Shown: one piece after another, positions 7,799 through 19,787 of the stretch
How the letters are laid out: each line of letters starts with the position of its first letter
Numbering within the stretch: position 1 is the first letter of the stretch
Source: Candidatus Binatia bacterium
GTDB taxonomy: Bacteria; Desulfobacterota; Binatia; HRBIN30
Length of the DNA stretch: 64,000 nucleotides
Assembly (NCBI GenBank): GCA_050015455.1
Contig: JBEKBJ010000009.1
Location: forward strand, 8,508-72,507
Direction of reading: 5' to 3'
The notes under the pieces: generated by a model
Databases searched by the model: none
The model's input: the letters and a program-made list of their open reading frames with translations, nothing else
Told to the model about the DNA's origin: nothing
Made by a program: the position numbers and the translations under genes

Positions 7799-9151
7799 AT
7801 GCAGGACGATCCGTTCACCACCCTGATCAAGCGACTCCAGTCACGCCAAGCCGTCGTCGGCATCATGGGCCTCGGCTACGTGGGCCTGCCGTTGGCGGCG
7901 ACCTTCGCGGAGGGCGGCTTCACGGTGGTTGGCTTCGATATTGCGGCCCACAAGATCGAGGAGCTACGCGCCGGCGGCAGCTATATCCGGCACGTCTCGG
8001 CGGAGCGCCTGCGCAACATTGTCCGCTCGGAGCCATTTCGGCGCGGCGGCCCAACCGGTTTCTACCCCAGCACGGAACACGCCCTCTTGCCCGAATGCGA
8101 TGCCATCCTAATCTGCGTGCCGACCCCGCTCACCGAGCACCGCGAGCCCGACCTGTCCTACGTCACCGGAACTACCGAGGCGATCGCCGCTCACCTGCGG
8201 CGCAACCAACTCGTCGTGCTTGAGAGCACGACCTATCCCGGTACCACGGACGAGGTCTTGCGCGAGATCCTCGAGGCGGGCGGCCTACGGGCGGGCGAGG
8301 ATTTCTACTTGGCGTTCTCGCCCGAGCGCGAAGACCCAAACAACGCGCAGTACAACACCAAGACCATCCCGAAGCTGATCGGCGGCTACACGCCGCGCTG
8401 CGGCGAGGTGGCGGTCGCCCTGTACGGAGCGGTGCTGGAGAAAATCGTCCCCGTGTCTTCGGCGCGGGTGGCCGAAGCTGCCAAGTTGCTGGAGAATATC
8501 TACCGCAGCGTCAACATCGCTCTGGTCAACGAACTGAAGCTGCTCTTCGAGCGCATGGGTATCGACGTGTGGGAAGTGATCGACGCTGCGGCAACTAAAC
8601 CGTTCGGTTTCACCCCGTTCTACCCTGGGCCGGGCCTGGGCGGTCATTGCATTCCGATCGATCCCTTTTACCTGACGTGGAAGGCGCGGCAGTACGATCT
8701 GACCACCCGCTTCATCGAGCTGGCCGGCGAGATCAACCACGCCATGCCGGCGTTTGTCATCGAGAAGCTCACTGACGCGCTCAACGAACGCCGGCGCAGC
8801 CTTGGGGGAGCGCGGGTGTTGGTGCTGGGGGTGGCCTACAAGCGCGATTTGGATGACACGCGCGAGTCGCCGGCACTCAAACTGCTCGATCTGCTGGTCA
8901 AGAAAGGGGCGGAGGTCGGCTACCATGATCCGTACGTGCCGGCGTTGGGACGCTCGCGGCACTACGATTTCCATCTCCAATCGCTGCCCCTGACCCCAGA
9001 GGAGCTACGACGCTGGGACGCCGTGATCATTGCCACTGACCATACGGTTTTCGACTATTCGATGATCGTCAGGGCCAGCGCGCTGGTCATCGACACACGC
9101 AACGCGACGCGCTCGGTCACGAAAGACCGAGGGAAAATCGTTCGGGCCTGA
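7799..9151 (+). CDS. NAD-dependent nucleotide-sugar dehydrogenase (UDP-N-acetyl-D-mannosamine / UDP-GlcNAc 6-dehydrogenase family, WecC/TviB-like)
   Basis: The Rossmann motif VVGIMGLGYVGLPLA sits near the N-terminus and the catalytic region GGHCIPIDP is present. Overall collinearity fits the UDP-glucose/GDP-mannose dehydrogenase family. The track ORF starts at 7508; the real start is probably ATG 7799 (MQDDPF...). Confidence 0.85.
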   Translation: MQDDPFTTLIKRLQSRQAVVGIMGLGYVGLPLAATFAEGGFTVVGFDIAAHKIEELRAGGSYIRHVSAERLRNIVRSEPFRRGGPTGFYPSTEHALLPECDAILICVPTPLTEHREPDLSYVTGTTEAIAAHLRRNQLVVLESTTYPGTTDEVLREILEAGGLRAGEDFYLAFSPEREDPNNAQYNTKTIPKLIGGYTPRCGEVAVALYGAVLEKIVPVSSARVAEAAKLLENIYRSVNIALVNELKLLFERMGIDVWEVIDAAATKPFGFTPFYPGPGLGGHCIPIDPFYLTWKARQYDLTTRFIELAGEINHAMPAFVIEKLTDALNERRRSLGGARVLVLGVAYKRDLDDTRESPALKLLDLLVKKGAEVGYHDPYVPALGRSRHYDFHLQSLPLTPEELRRWDAVIIATDHTVFDYSMIVRASALVIDTRNATRSVTKDRGKIVRA

Positions 9152-9332
9152 GCCGGAAAGGGCGTCGGCGGCGACGGAGATCGGCCCTCCAGAGCACTGC
9201 GCAACCCCTCCAGCCCTGCTCCGGAGGCAAGTGAAACGGCAAAAATGGCCCTCTTGACCCATCGCGGCCCGGTTTTTGCGTTGGCGGGGAATCAGTTTTC
9301 GGCCCGGAAGCAACTTTTCCATGACGTTATTC

Positions 9333-9362
9333 TTGACAATACGCCGGATTTTTGAGTATGTA
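9333..9362 (+). promoter_or_regulatory. Sigma-70-like promoter candidate (TTGACA, 17-18 nt spacer, TATGTA) upstream of the tandem secreted-protein genes
   Basis: TTGACA at 9333-9338 and GTATGT/TATGTA at 9356-9362 lie ~100 nt upstream of ATG 9467. Confidence 0.35.
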
Positions 9363-9466
9363 TGCGCGCACTTAGGTGGTGCGGAGAGCAGCCCGGCCCC
9401 TGAGTGTTGGGACGAAGGCACTAGGAGCCAGTGAGCAGGGAAGGTCGACTGGAAAGGAGGAGGGCA

Positions 9467-10612
9467 ATGCGAACGGTGAAGTGGAACGCTTTACTCTCAT
9501 GCCTCTGCGGACTCGCGGTGGTGTTGGGAGGCGTGGCGGTTAGCGCTCGAGCTGACGTCACGACGGAAAAGGGGGCATCGATCCTCATCTTTCCCAAGGT
9601 GCGCGCCGACGGCACGTTCGATACCATCATTCAAATTGCGAACACCAGTAACAGCATGAGGTATCTACAGTGCTTCTACGTGAACGCGTCCTTGCTGGAC
9701 TCGCTCACGCATTTGCCGTGCACGGTCCCCAGCGCCACCTGCGTACCGCAGTGCCAGGAGACGGATTTCACCATTTGGCTCACTAAGCAGCAGCCAACAC
9801 ATTGGAGCGTGAGCGAAGGCCGCTATTTCAATCCCAATGCGGGATTCGGCACTTATGATTCGGGCTTCGTGCCTGGTCACATCCCGCCGGTGACCGACTT
9901 CGTCGGCGAGCTGAAGTGCATCGAGGTGGATGCTTCCGGCAATCCGTCCATCTCCAACAGTCTAAAGGGTGAGGCCACCCTCGTCTCGCTTGTGACCGGG
10001 GGGGGCAGTACCTTGAGCTCTAATCTCACCGCTGAAGGCGATGTCGCCAAGTATAACGCGATCGGCATCCAAGGTAACCCGGACGTCGCGCCGGTGAATC
10101 CGCTCTTGCTCGACGGGGGCGCGACGTACAATGCCTGTCCAGCCAAGCTGATCTTGAACCACTTCACCAGTGGCGCGCCCGACATTGTCGTGAGCGAGCT
10201 CACTACCGATACGTCGGCAGAGTTCACCGACTTGACGCTGGTGCCGTGCAACGAAGACTTCGAGAATCAAATCCCGAAATCGGTGACCGTGCAGTTCCTC
10301 GTTTACAATGAGTTCGAAGAGAGATACTCGACGAGCATCACAGTCTCTTGCTTTTTGGAGACCGAACTTGCCAACATCGGCCAGGTGTTCACATACGGGT
10401 TTCTCGGCACGGAGGTGGCGCAGGCCATCATCACTCCGGTCGTGCAGGCCGATGGCTCTTCCGGCGGCCTGGTAGGCATCGCGGAACGGATCACCACTGT
10501 TGAGGTAGCGTCGCCGGCGACGGCGGCACGTGCGGCGTACAACCTGCACAGCGAAGGCAGCTTCATTCCTCCGATTGGGCCGGACCAGATCACGCTGCCG
10601 GCAGAGCAGTGA
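9467..10612 (+). CDS. Secreted Cys-containing protein of an unrecognised family (paralog A of a tandem pair)
   Basis: The start MRTVKWN follows GAAAGGAGGAGGGCA. A signal peptide ends ...AVSARA. Blocks shared with paralog B include FPK, CFYV, ETDF..LT..QP..W.VS.G, GELKC.EV, LKGEAT, YNA.GIQ, YN.CP..LIL.HF, LTLVPC.EDF and VQ(F/Y)LVYNEFE.R(Y/F)STS....CF.E. Confidence 0.7.
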   Translation: MRTVKWNALLSCLCGLAVVLGGVAVSARADVTTEKGASILIFPKVRADGTFDTIIQIANTSNSMRYLQCFYVNASLLDSLTHLPCTVPSATCVPQCQETDFTIWLTKQQPTHWSVSEGRYFNPNAGFGTYDSGFVPGHIPPVTDFVGELKCIEVDASGNPSISNSLKGEATLVSLVTGGGSTLSSNLTAEGDVAKYNAIGIQGNPDVAPVNPLLLDGGATYNACPAKLILNHFTSGAPDIVVSELTTDTSAEFTDLTLVPCNEDFENQIPKSVTVQFLVYNEFEERYSTSITVSCFLETELANIGQVFTYGFLGTEVAQAIITPVVQADGSSGGLVGIAERITTVEVASPATAARAAYNLHSEGSFIPPIGPDQITLPAEQ

Positions 10613-10684
10613 TCGCTGGCACAGAGGCAAAGAGGGGAAAAGGCAGTGGCTGGTTTCTCCCTGATAGGTGAAAGGAGAAGGGCA

Positions 10685-11971
10685 ATGCGTACGGTGAAGT
10701 GGAATCCTTTTCTCTCGGGTGTAGCGATGCTCCTGGGAGGGGTGCTCCTATGGGCGGGTGCTGCGCACGCCGATATCTCGTCGACTAACCCGGCGGCGAT
10801 CGTGGTGTTCCCGAAAATAGTGGTCGATACGGGCGCTGTGATATCGGACGCGAAAATCGACACCGTCATTCAACTGACCAATACCGCCCCCCAGGCGGTG
10901 AACGTGCGGTGCTTCTACGTCGACGCCAACGGGCACTGCTCGAACGCCCCGACTGCATTCTGCGATCCGGGCCAGCCGGCGAGCGACTACTGTAGCAGCC
11001 CCGGCTATTGCATACCGGGCTGGGTGGAGACTGATTTCTCTTTCCAGCTGACGGCCAATCAGCCGCTCGTGTGGACAGTGTCTGCAGGCTTGGCCGGCGG
11101 AGACTTTCCACTCGCCTCGTTGCCAGGTATAGGCGGTGAGCTCAACACCGGCAGCATCCCGCAGGCGGCTGAGGATCCGATGCTCGGCGAGCTGAAATGC
11201 GTCGAGGTCGGCGATGACGAGATGCCGGTCGATACGAACGACCTCAAGGGCGAAGCGACAATAGAGCTCCTGACCGGGGTAAATATCGACATCGAGGGCT
11301 ACAACGCCGTCGGCATCCAGGCGATCCCAGGGAGCTGCAGCGGCGACTCCTCGATATCGTGCACCGCCGATACGGACTGCCAGCCGCCGGCAACGAGTGC
11401 TGATGACACGCCGTGCATACACGTGAACAATTTTGACAACACTCTGGTGATCGGCGGGCCGAACGCGGAGTACAACGGTTGCCCGAACACCCTCATCCTT
11501 GACCACTTCTTCGATGACGCGCCGGTGCTTGGGAGCAACGTCGATACGTGGCTCACGTTGGTGCCGTGCTCGGAGGACTTCTTCACACAGACCTGCGTCA
11601 CAACCACCGTGCAGTATCTGGTGTACAATGAATTCGAGCAGCGCTTCTCGACCAGCCGGCCGCTGACGTGCTTTAGCGAGTTGCAGCTTTCGGACATCGA
11701 TACGCGTCTTGGCAACGACCCGCCGAACAACTACACCTCGATCTTCAATGTCAATGTTGAGGGGACGCTGACGGGGCAGACGGTTATCCGTGGTGTCGCC
11801 GATTCCGACCCTACCATAACGCCTGGACACGGTCTGCTCGGGGTCGTACATGAGTTCCACCAGCTGAACGGCGGATCGGCCCCCGTCTTCTCCGCTGCGT
11901 ATATGCTGGATCTGAGTGGCTCACGGACGCAGGCCGACATCGTGCTGATGCCGCCGCCTTCGCCACAGTAA
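10685..11971 (+). CDS. Secreted Cys-rich protein of an unrecognised family (paralog B, with inserted Cys-rich loops)
   Basis: The start context (GAAAGGAGAAGGGCAATGCGTACGGTGAAGTGGAA) is nearly identical to paralog A at the nucleotide level. A signal peptide is present, and the conserved blocks are the same as in paralog A. Confidence 0.7.
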   Translation: MRTVKWNPFLSGVAMLLGGVLLWAGAAHADISSTNPAAIVVFPKIVVDTGAVISDAKIDTVIQLTNTAPQAVNVRCFYVDANGHCSNAPTAFCDPGQPASDYCSSPGYCIPGWVETDFSFQLTANQPLVWTVSAGLAGGDFPLASLPGIGGELNTGSIPQAAEDPMLGELKCVEVGDDEMPVDTNDLKGEATIELLTGVNIDIEGYNAVGIQAIPGSCSGDSSISCTADTDCQPPATSADDTPCIHVNNFDNTLVIGGPNAEYNGCPNTLILDHFFDDAPVLGSNVDTWLTLVPCSEDFFTQTCVTTTVQYLVYNEFEQRFSTSRPLTCFSELQLSDIDTRLGNDPPNNYTSIFNVNVEGTLTGQTVIRGVADSDPTITPGHGLLGVVHEFHQLNGGSAPVFSAAYMLDLSGSRTQADIVLMPPPSPQ

Positions 11972-11999
11972 TTGCATCGAGTAGCTTTGGTGAGCGCAA

Positions 12000-12036
12000 G
12001 GGCCGGGCGGTCATCTCGCCCGGCCCTTCGCTTTTC
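12000..12036. terminator. Bidirectional rho-independent terminator between convergent genes
   Basis: The stem GGGCCGGGCGG ... GCCCGGCCC has a tcatctc loop and is followed by TTCGCTTTTCTGG. Confidence 0.5.
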
Positions 12037-12069
12037 TGGCCCGGAAGACCCCCGGCGCTTTCGCCACCG

Positions 12070-13419
12070 CTACGCGTTCCCGGCGAAGGGGACGTTGACG
12101 CGGTAGACGTAGGCGCCGCGGCGAATGGAGACCAGAGCGCCGCGCGCCGAGCGCACCTCGATCATTGTGCGGCGGAAATCCTCCAAACTCCGCACTGACG
12201 TGCCCGCGAGCGCAACGATAGCATCGCCACTCTCAACCCCGATCCGCGCCGCCGGGCTTTGTGGCCGCACCGCATCGACGCGTAGGCCGTTCCGCGCGTC
12301 CGTCAGCCGCACCCCGATCAGTTGCCAAGCCAGAGCGTCAGCCCTTTCCGGCGGGAAGCGGCGTGCATGCAGGGTCAACCGGCGTGCTCCGCTGTCTCCC
12401 ATGACGGTGAGTTCAATTGCACTGCTCTCGGCGTGGTCGCGAATGCGTTGGTCATACTCTTCCGCCGAGTGCACATCGCGGTTGTCGACGGCGGTGATCA
12501 CCTCTCCCGGAGTGATGCGGGCGTCCGCCGCCGGACTGCCGGATTCGATGCTCCGCACCACGACGCCGTACCGGCGCTGCGTCTGCATTTCTAATTGCGC
12601 GGCAAGCTCGGGAGTCAGATCCTGTACGATGGCGCCGACCCAAGGGACGTGCACTTCGCCGTAGCTGATCAGATCGGTGACGATGCGGCGGGCCCGGTTG
12701 ATGGGGATGGCGAAGCCGATGCCCTGCGCCTTCTGATAGATCGCGGTGTTGATGCCGATGAGATCGCCGCTGAGATTCAGTAGTGGCCCGCCGGAGTTGC
12801 CGGGATTGATCGACGCGTCGGTCTGGATGAAGTCGTAATAGGTTTGCTCGCCGGTCTTCAGTGAACGGCCGAGCGCGCTGACCACCCCTGTCGTTACCGT
12901 GTGTGAGAGTCCGAAGGGATTGCCGATGGCGATCACGGTTTCGCCGATCATGAGGTCGTCGGAGTCGCCCATGTTGATGTACGGTAGCGAGGTGTCGGTC
13001 TTGACCTTGAGCACGGCCAGGTCGGAGTCCGAATCCGCACCAACCAATTGCGCTTCGAAGTCTCGATCGTCCGCCAGCGTCACCTTGATCTCGCTGCCGT
13101 GCAGGACGACGTGCTGGTTGGTCAGTATGTAGCCGTCGGGCCGGATGACAACGCCGGAACCGAGGCTGGTTTGCTTGTAGCGCTCCACCCGTGGCTCGGA
13201 GAAATCGTGGAAGAACTCGTCGAACAGCGGATCCCGAAAGGCAGGGAACGGGCTGGTCTGGCGTGCCACGATGGTTTCCGTGGAGATGTTAACCACGGCC
13301 GAACTGACCTTGTGGACCGCTTCGACAACCGGCGTGCGCCGGATCGGAGAGACGTCGGCGTGCGCTGCCAGCGGCAACGCGAGCACAGTCACAAAAGCCA
13401 ACAATAATTGTAGCCGCAT
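12070..13419 (-). CDS. HtrA/DegP-family periplasmic serine protease with two PDZ domains
   Basis: The Ser-protease motif GNSGGPLLN is present, a catalytic His lies in the TNQHVV context, and two PDZ-like segments occupy the C-terminus. I take the start as MRLQLLLAFVTVLALPLAAHA (signal peptide, ATG at 13419); the track ORF extends to 13608. Confidence 0.85.
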   Translation of the reverse strand: MRLQLLLAFVTVLALPLAAHADVSPIRRTPVVEAVHKVSSAVVNISTETIVARQTSPFPAFRDPLFDEFFHDFSEPRVERYKQTSLGSGVVIRPDGYILTNQHVVLHGSEIKVTLADDRDFEAQLVGADSDSDLAVLKVKTDTSLPYINMGDSDDLMIGETVIAIGNPFGLSHTVTTGVVSALGRSLKTGEQTYYDFIQTDASINPGNSGGPLLNLSGDLIGINTAIYQKAQGIGFAIPINRARRIVTDLISYGEVHVPWVGAIVQDLTPELAAQLEMQTQRRYGVVVRSIESGSPAADARITPGEVITAVDNRDVHSAEEYDQRIRDHAESSAIELTVMGDSGARRLTLHARRFPPERADALAWQLIGVRLTDARNGLRVDAVRPQSPAARIGVESGDAIVALAGTSVRSLEDFRRTMIEVRSARGALVSIRRGAYVYRVNVPFAGNA

Positions 13420-13568
13420 GGCCAGTGAGTGCAGCACGGATGCCCGCAAGTCAAGGAGGAGAGACCGACGTCCGCAAAAGCAGGTTCCTCCCCTTACCAA
13501 GGGGAGGTCAGGAGGGGTTGCAAGCAGCGCCGCTGTTATGAGCTGAGCGCCGATTGGATTGTTACCGC

Positions 13569-14117
13569 CTATTCCGCGAACACCGCGGCGGCCACCACGG
13601 ACGTCCACAGCCCGTCCTTATCACCGATGGCGGACTGCGTGACATTGCGCGTGACAACAATCTCGGTCGACAAACGCCACACGTCCTTGCGCTCGTCGTA
13701 GCTCTTGTTGGCGTCGAACTCGACACCCAGGAGCGTCGCCAGCATGGAGGCGGCGAGGTCTTCGGCGTAATCGCCCGCCTTGTCGTCGGTCTGCCCGAAG
13801 CTGTGGTGCTCGGCCAGATAACCGTACTGCGTGCGGTCCTTGGGGATGGCGACGCCGACCGAGGCAGCAATCAAACGGTGCGGTTCGTTGGTGGCGTTAT
13901 CGCTCATGACGACGTAAAGAATCTGGCCGGGTTTGAGCAGCGTCAGGCCTTCCTGCGCGGTGATCAACTTGGCGTGAGGCGGGAAAATGCTCGAGACGCG
14001 AACGACGTTGAACTGTGCGATCTTGGCGCTGCGCAGGGCCATTTCGAAGCTGGTCAGCTTCTCGCGATGCTTCCCCACTCCTCGGGTGAGAAAGATCTTC
14101 TTGGCCACCATCGACAT
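13569..14117 (-). CDS. pdaD: Pyruvoyl-dependent arginine decarboxylase
   Basis: Collinear match to the PdaD family: FLTRGVGKH...LTSFEMAL...NVVRVSSIFPP, with the Ser-Ser site of self-cleavage. The start ATG (MSMVAKK) is preceded by GGAGGAG. Confidence 0.8.
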   Translation of the reverse strand: MSMVAKKIFLTRGVGKHREKLTSFEMALRSAKIAQFNVVRVSSIFPPHAKLITAQEGLTLLKPGQILYVVMSDNATNEPHRLIAASVGVAIPKDRTQYGYLAEHHSFGQTDDKAGDYAEDLAASMLATLLGVEFDANKSYDERKDVWRLSTEIVVTRNVTQSAIGDKDGLWTSVVAAAVFAE

Positions 14118-14147
14118 CGCTACTCCTCCTTCCCCAAGAGCCACCGA

Positions 14148-14179
14148 GATTGCGGCGCGTTTAACACGATTGCGGCGCG
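14148..14179. promoter_or_regulatory. 12-bp direct repeat (GATTGCGGCGCG, two copies 20 bp apart) upstream of pdaD; candidate operator
   Basis: Exact repeats at 14148-14159 and 14168-14179 lie in the 115-bp gap between the mutase gene and pdaD. Confidence 0.25.
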
Positions 14180-14231
14180 GCTACAACCGCAGCCTCGGTA
14201 CAGTGGAACTGCCGACACGGGGCGCAGCCCG

Positions 14232-15898
<1,667 letters not shown>

Positions 15899-15902
<4 letters not shown>

Positions 15903-16398
15903 TCGATCACCGCCAGCGCCTGGCCTGCCTCCACCGCTTGCCCCGGCTCGACCAGCACCTCTTTTACTTCGCCGGTGGCAGGTGACTTCACCTCGTTCTC
16001 CATCTTCATCGCTTCGATGACCAGTAGTCCCTGGTCGCGCACGACCACATCGCCGACCTGGATCAGCACTTCGACGACTTTACCGGGCATCAAGGCGCGC
16101 ACCTCGTGCCTGCCTTTCTCCTCTTCGGGCTCGCCCAACATGACTAGCCGCCGGCGCTCATCGACGATGCGTAACCGGAAGACCTCGCCGGCGATCGACA
16201 CGGTGTAGTGATCGCCATCGATCCCAACGTCGGCCACTACCGAATGCCCGTCGATGAGCAGCGAGTACGTGTTGGGTCCGATGCGCCGGCTGTCGACGGT
16301 GCGCGGCACGCCGTCGATTTCCACCGTGAAGGCGGAATCGCCTGCCGCGTGCACCTCGATGCGGTGCGTCTGCTGCTCGAGTTCCGCCAGGTACGCCA

Positions 16399-16399
<1 letters not shown>
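15899..16399 (-). CDS. Biotin carboxyl carrier / biotinyl-domain protein
   Basis: The C-terminal motif EAMKMENEV places the biotinyl-Lys in AMKM. The start shares an ATGA overlap with the upstream gene, and the gene overlaps the mutase start (ATGA). Confidence 0.8.
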
Positions 16400-17910
<1,511 letters not shown>

Positions 17911-18020
17911 TATCGTGATTCGTGCTCGTGAATCGTGCTCGGAGAGTCCAGCGGTGCTGCGCACCGCTGCGGCTGCTCGCTCTGTTCCACGAGCACCACT
18001 CACGAACACGACTCACGATC

Positions 18021-19589
18021 TTACAAGGGAATGTTGCCATGCTTCTTGGGCGGGTTCTTGTCGCGCTTGCTTTCGAGGATCTCGAGGGCGCGAATCAGCT
18101 TCGGACGCGTGTCCTCTGGCATGATGATCTCGTCGACGTAGCCCAGCTCGGCGGCCTTGAACGGGTTGGCAAAGGTGCGGCGATACTCGTCCACCAAGCG
18201 TTCTTTTTCGCCCACCGGATCGCCAGCGCGATCGAGCTCGTTGCGGAACACGATGTTGACGGCGCCGTCGGGCCCCATGACCGCGATCTCGGCGGTCGGA
18301 TACGCGAAGTTGATGTCGCCGCGGATGTGCTTCGAGGACATGACGTCGTAGGCGCCGCCGTAAGCTTTGCGCGCGATCACCGTGACCTTGGGGACAGTGG
18401 CCTCGCAGTACGCATACAGCAACTTGGCGCCGTGCGTGATGATACCGCCGTACTCCTGTGCCGTTCCCGGGAGAAAGCCCGGCACGTCGACGAAGGTGAC
18501 GATCGGGATGTTGAAGCAGTCACAGAAGCGCACGAAGCGCGCCGCCTTCTTGGAGGCATTGATGTCGAGGCAGCCGGCGAGGAAGGCGGGCTGGTTCGCC
18601 ACGATCCCGACCGAACGCCCGCCCAAACGTCCGAAACCGATCACGATGTTCTTGCCGTACTCACGTTGCACCTCGAAAAAGTGGCGATCGTCGACGACCG
18701 CGGTGATGATGTCGCGAATGTCGTAGGGCTTGTTCGGGGTGTCCGGCACTATCGAACGCAGTTTCTCATCGCGGCGCAACGGATCGTCGTCGGTCGGCAC
18801 AAACGGTGGATCCTCGAGGTTGTTGCTTGGGATGTAGGAGAACAGTTCGCGCACCATGGCGAGGCATTCGCGATCGTCACGGCCGGAGAAGTGCGCCACG
18901 CCGCTGCGAGTGTTGTGCGTGACCGCGCCACCGAGATCCTCCTTCGTCACCTCCTCGTGAGTCACTGCCTTGATGACGTCGGGGCCGGTGATAAACATGT
19001 AGCCGATCTTCTCGACCATGAAAATGAAGTCGGTCATGGCCGGCGAGTACACCGCGCCGCCGGCGCACGGCCCCATGACGACGGAGATCTGCGGGACGAC
19101 TCCGGATGCCAGCACGTTGCGCAAGAAGATGTCGGCGTAGCCGCCCAGGCTGACGACGCCTTCCTGAATGCGCGCGCCGCCGGAGTCGTTCAGGCCGATC
19201 ACCGGCGCGCCCGTCTTCATCGCCAGCTCCATGATCTTACAGACCTTCTCCGCGAAGGCGCCGCTCAAACTGCCGCCGAACACGGTGAAGTCCTGCGAGA
19301 AGACGTACACCAAGCGGCCATCAATGGTGCCGGAGCCGGTGACCACGCCGTCGCCCGGTATCTTCTTCTTGTCCATGTCGAAATCGGTGCAACGGTGGGT
19401 TTTGAACTTGTCGGTCTCCACGAAGGAGCCGGGATCGAGCAGCACATCGATGCGTTCGCGGGCGCTGAGCTTGCCTGAAGCGTGCTGCCGCTCGATGCGA
19501 TCGTCACCACCGCCCAGTTCGGCTTCCCGGTGCAGGCGCTCGAGTTGTTCCAGGTTCTCTTTTAGGCCCATAAGAAAGCTTGTCCCCAC
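18021..19589 (-). CDS. Acyl-CoA carboxyltransferase subunit (propionyl-CoA carboxylase beta / methylmalonyl-CoA carboxyltransferase 12S family)
   Basis: The carboxyltransferase regions are present (...[18 protein letters not shown]...GGARIQEG...), with N- and C-halves. The start is GTG 19589 or ATG 19571. Confidence 0.85.
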   Translation of the reverse strand: MGTSFLMGLKENLEQLERLHREAELGGGDDRIERQHASGKLSARERIDVLLDPGSFVETDKFKTHRCTDFDMDKKKIPGDGVVTGSGTIDGRLVYVFSQDFTVFGGSLSGAFAEKVCKIMELAMKTGAPVIGLNDSGGARIQEGVVSLGGYADIFLRNVLASGVVPQISVVMGPCAGGAVYSPAMTDFIFMVEKIGYMFITGPDVIKAVTHEEVTKEDLGGAVTHNTRSGVAHFSGRDDRECLAMVRELFSYIPSNNLEDPPFVPTDDDPLRRDEKLRSIVPDTPNKPYDIRDIITAVVDDRHFFEVQREYGKNIVIGFGRLGGRSVGIVANQPAFLAGCLDINASKKAARFVRFCDCFNIPIVTFVDVPGFLPGTAQEYGGIITHGAKLLYAYCEATVPKVTVIARKAYGGAYDVMSSKHIRGDINFAYPTAEIAVMGPDGAVNIVFRNELDRAGDPVGEKERLVDEYRRTFANPFKAAELGYVDEIIMPEDTRPKLIRALEILESKRDKNPPKKHGNIPL

Positions 19590-19787
19590 CTGCGGGCCGG
19601 GACGCAGCCGTCTTCATATGCGTCCCGCGAAGGGAATTCAAGGATGCGGCTCAGCGCAGTTTGCCAACTTCGGCTATAGTGGGGCTGCGCATGCTCGGCC
19701 CGTTCGCCGCGTAAAATGCGACCGAGGCGCTGGAGGCACCGGCCAGGAATAGTGTATACTACGCCCCGAGTCCGACGGAGGTGACGG

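Noticed and set aside
10748-11860. 370-aa minus-strand ORF across secreted paralog B
   Set aside because: It is antisense to a gene whose frame is supported by conservation with paralog A. Its translation is Arg/Val-rich with no motifs.
17922-19478. 518-aa plus-strand ORF overlapping the carboxyltransferase gene
   Set aside because: It is antisense to a gene with full-length carboxyltransferase collinearity.
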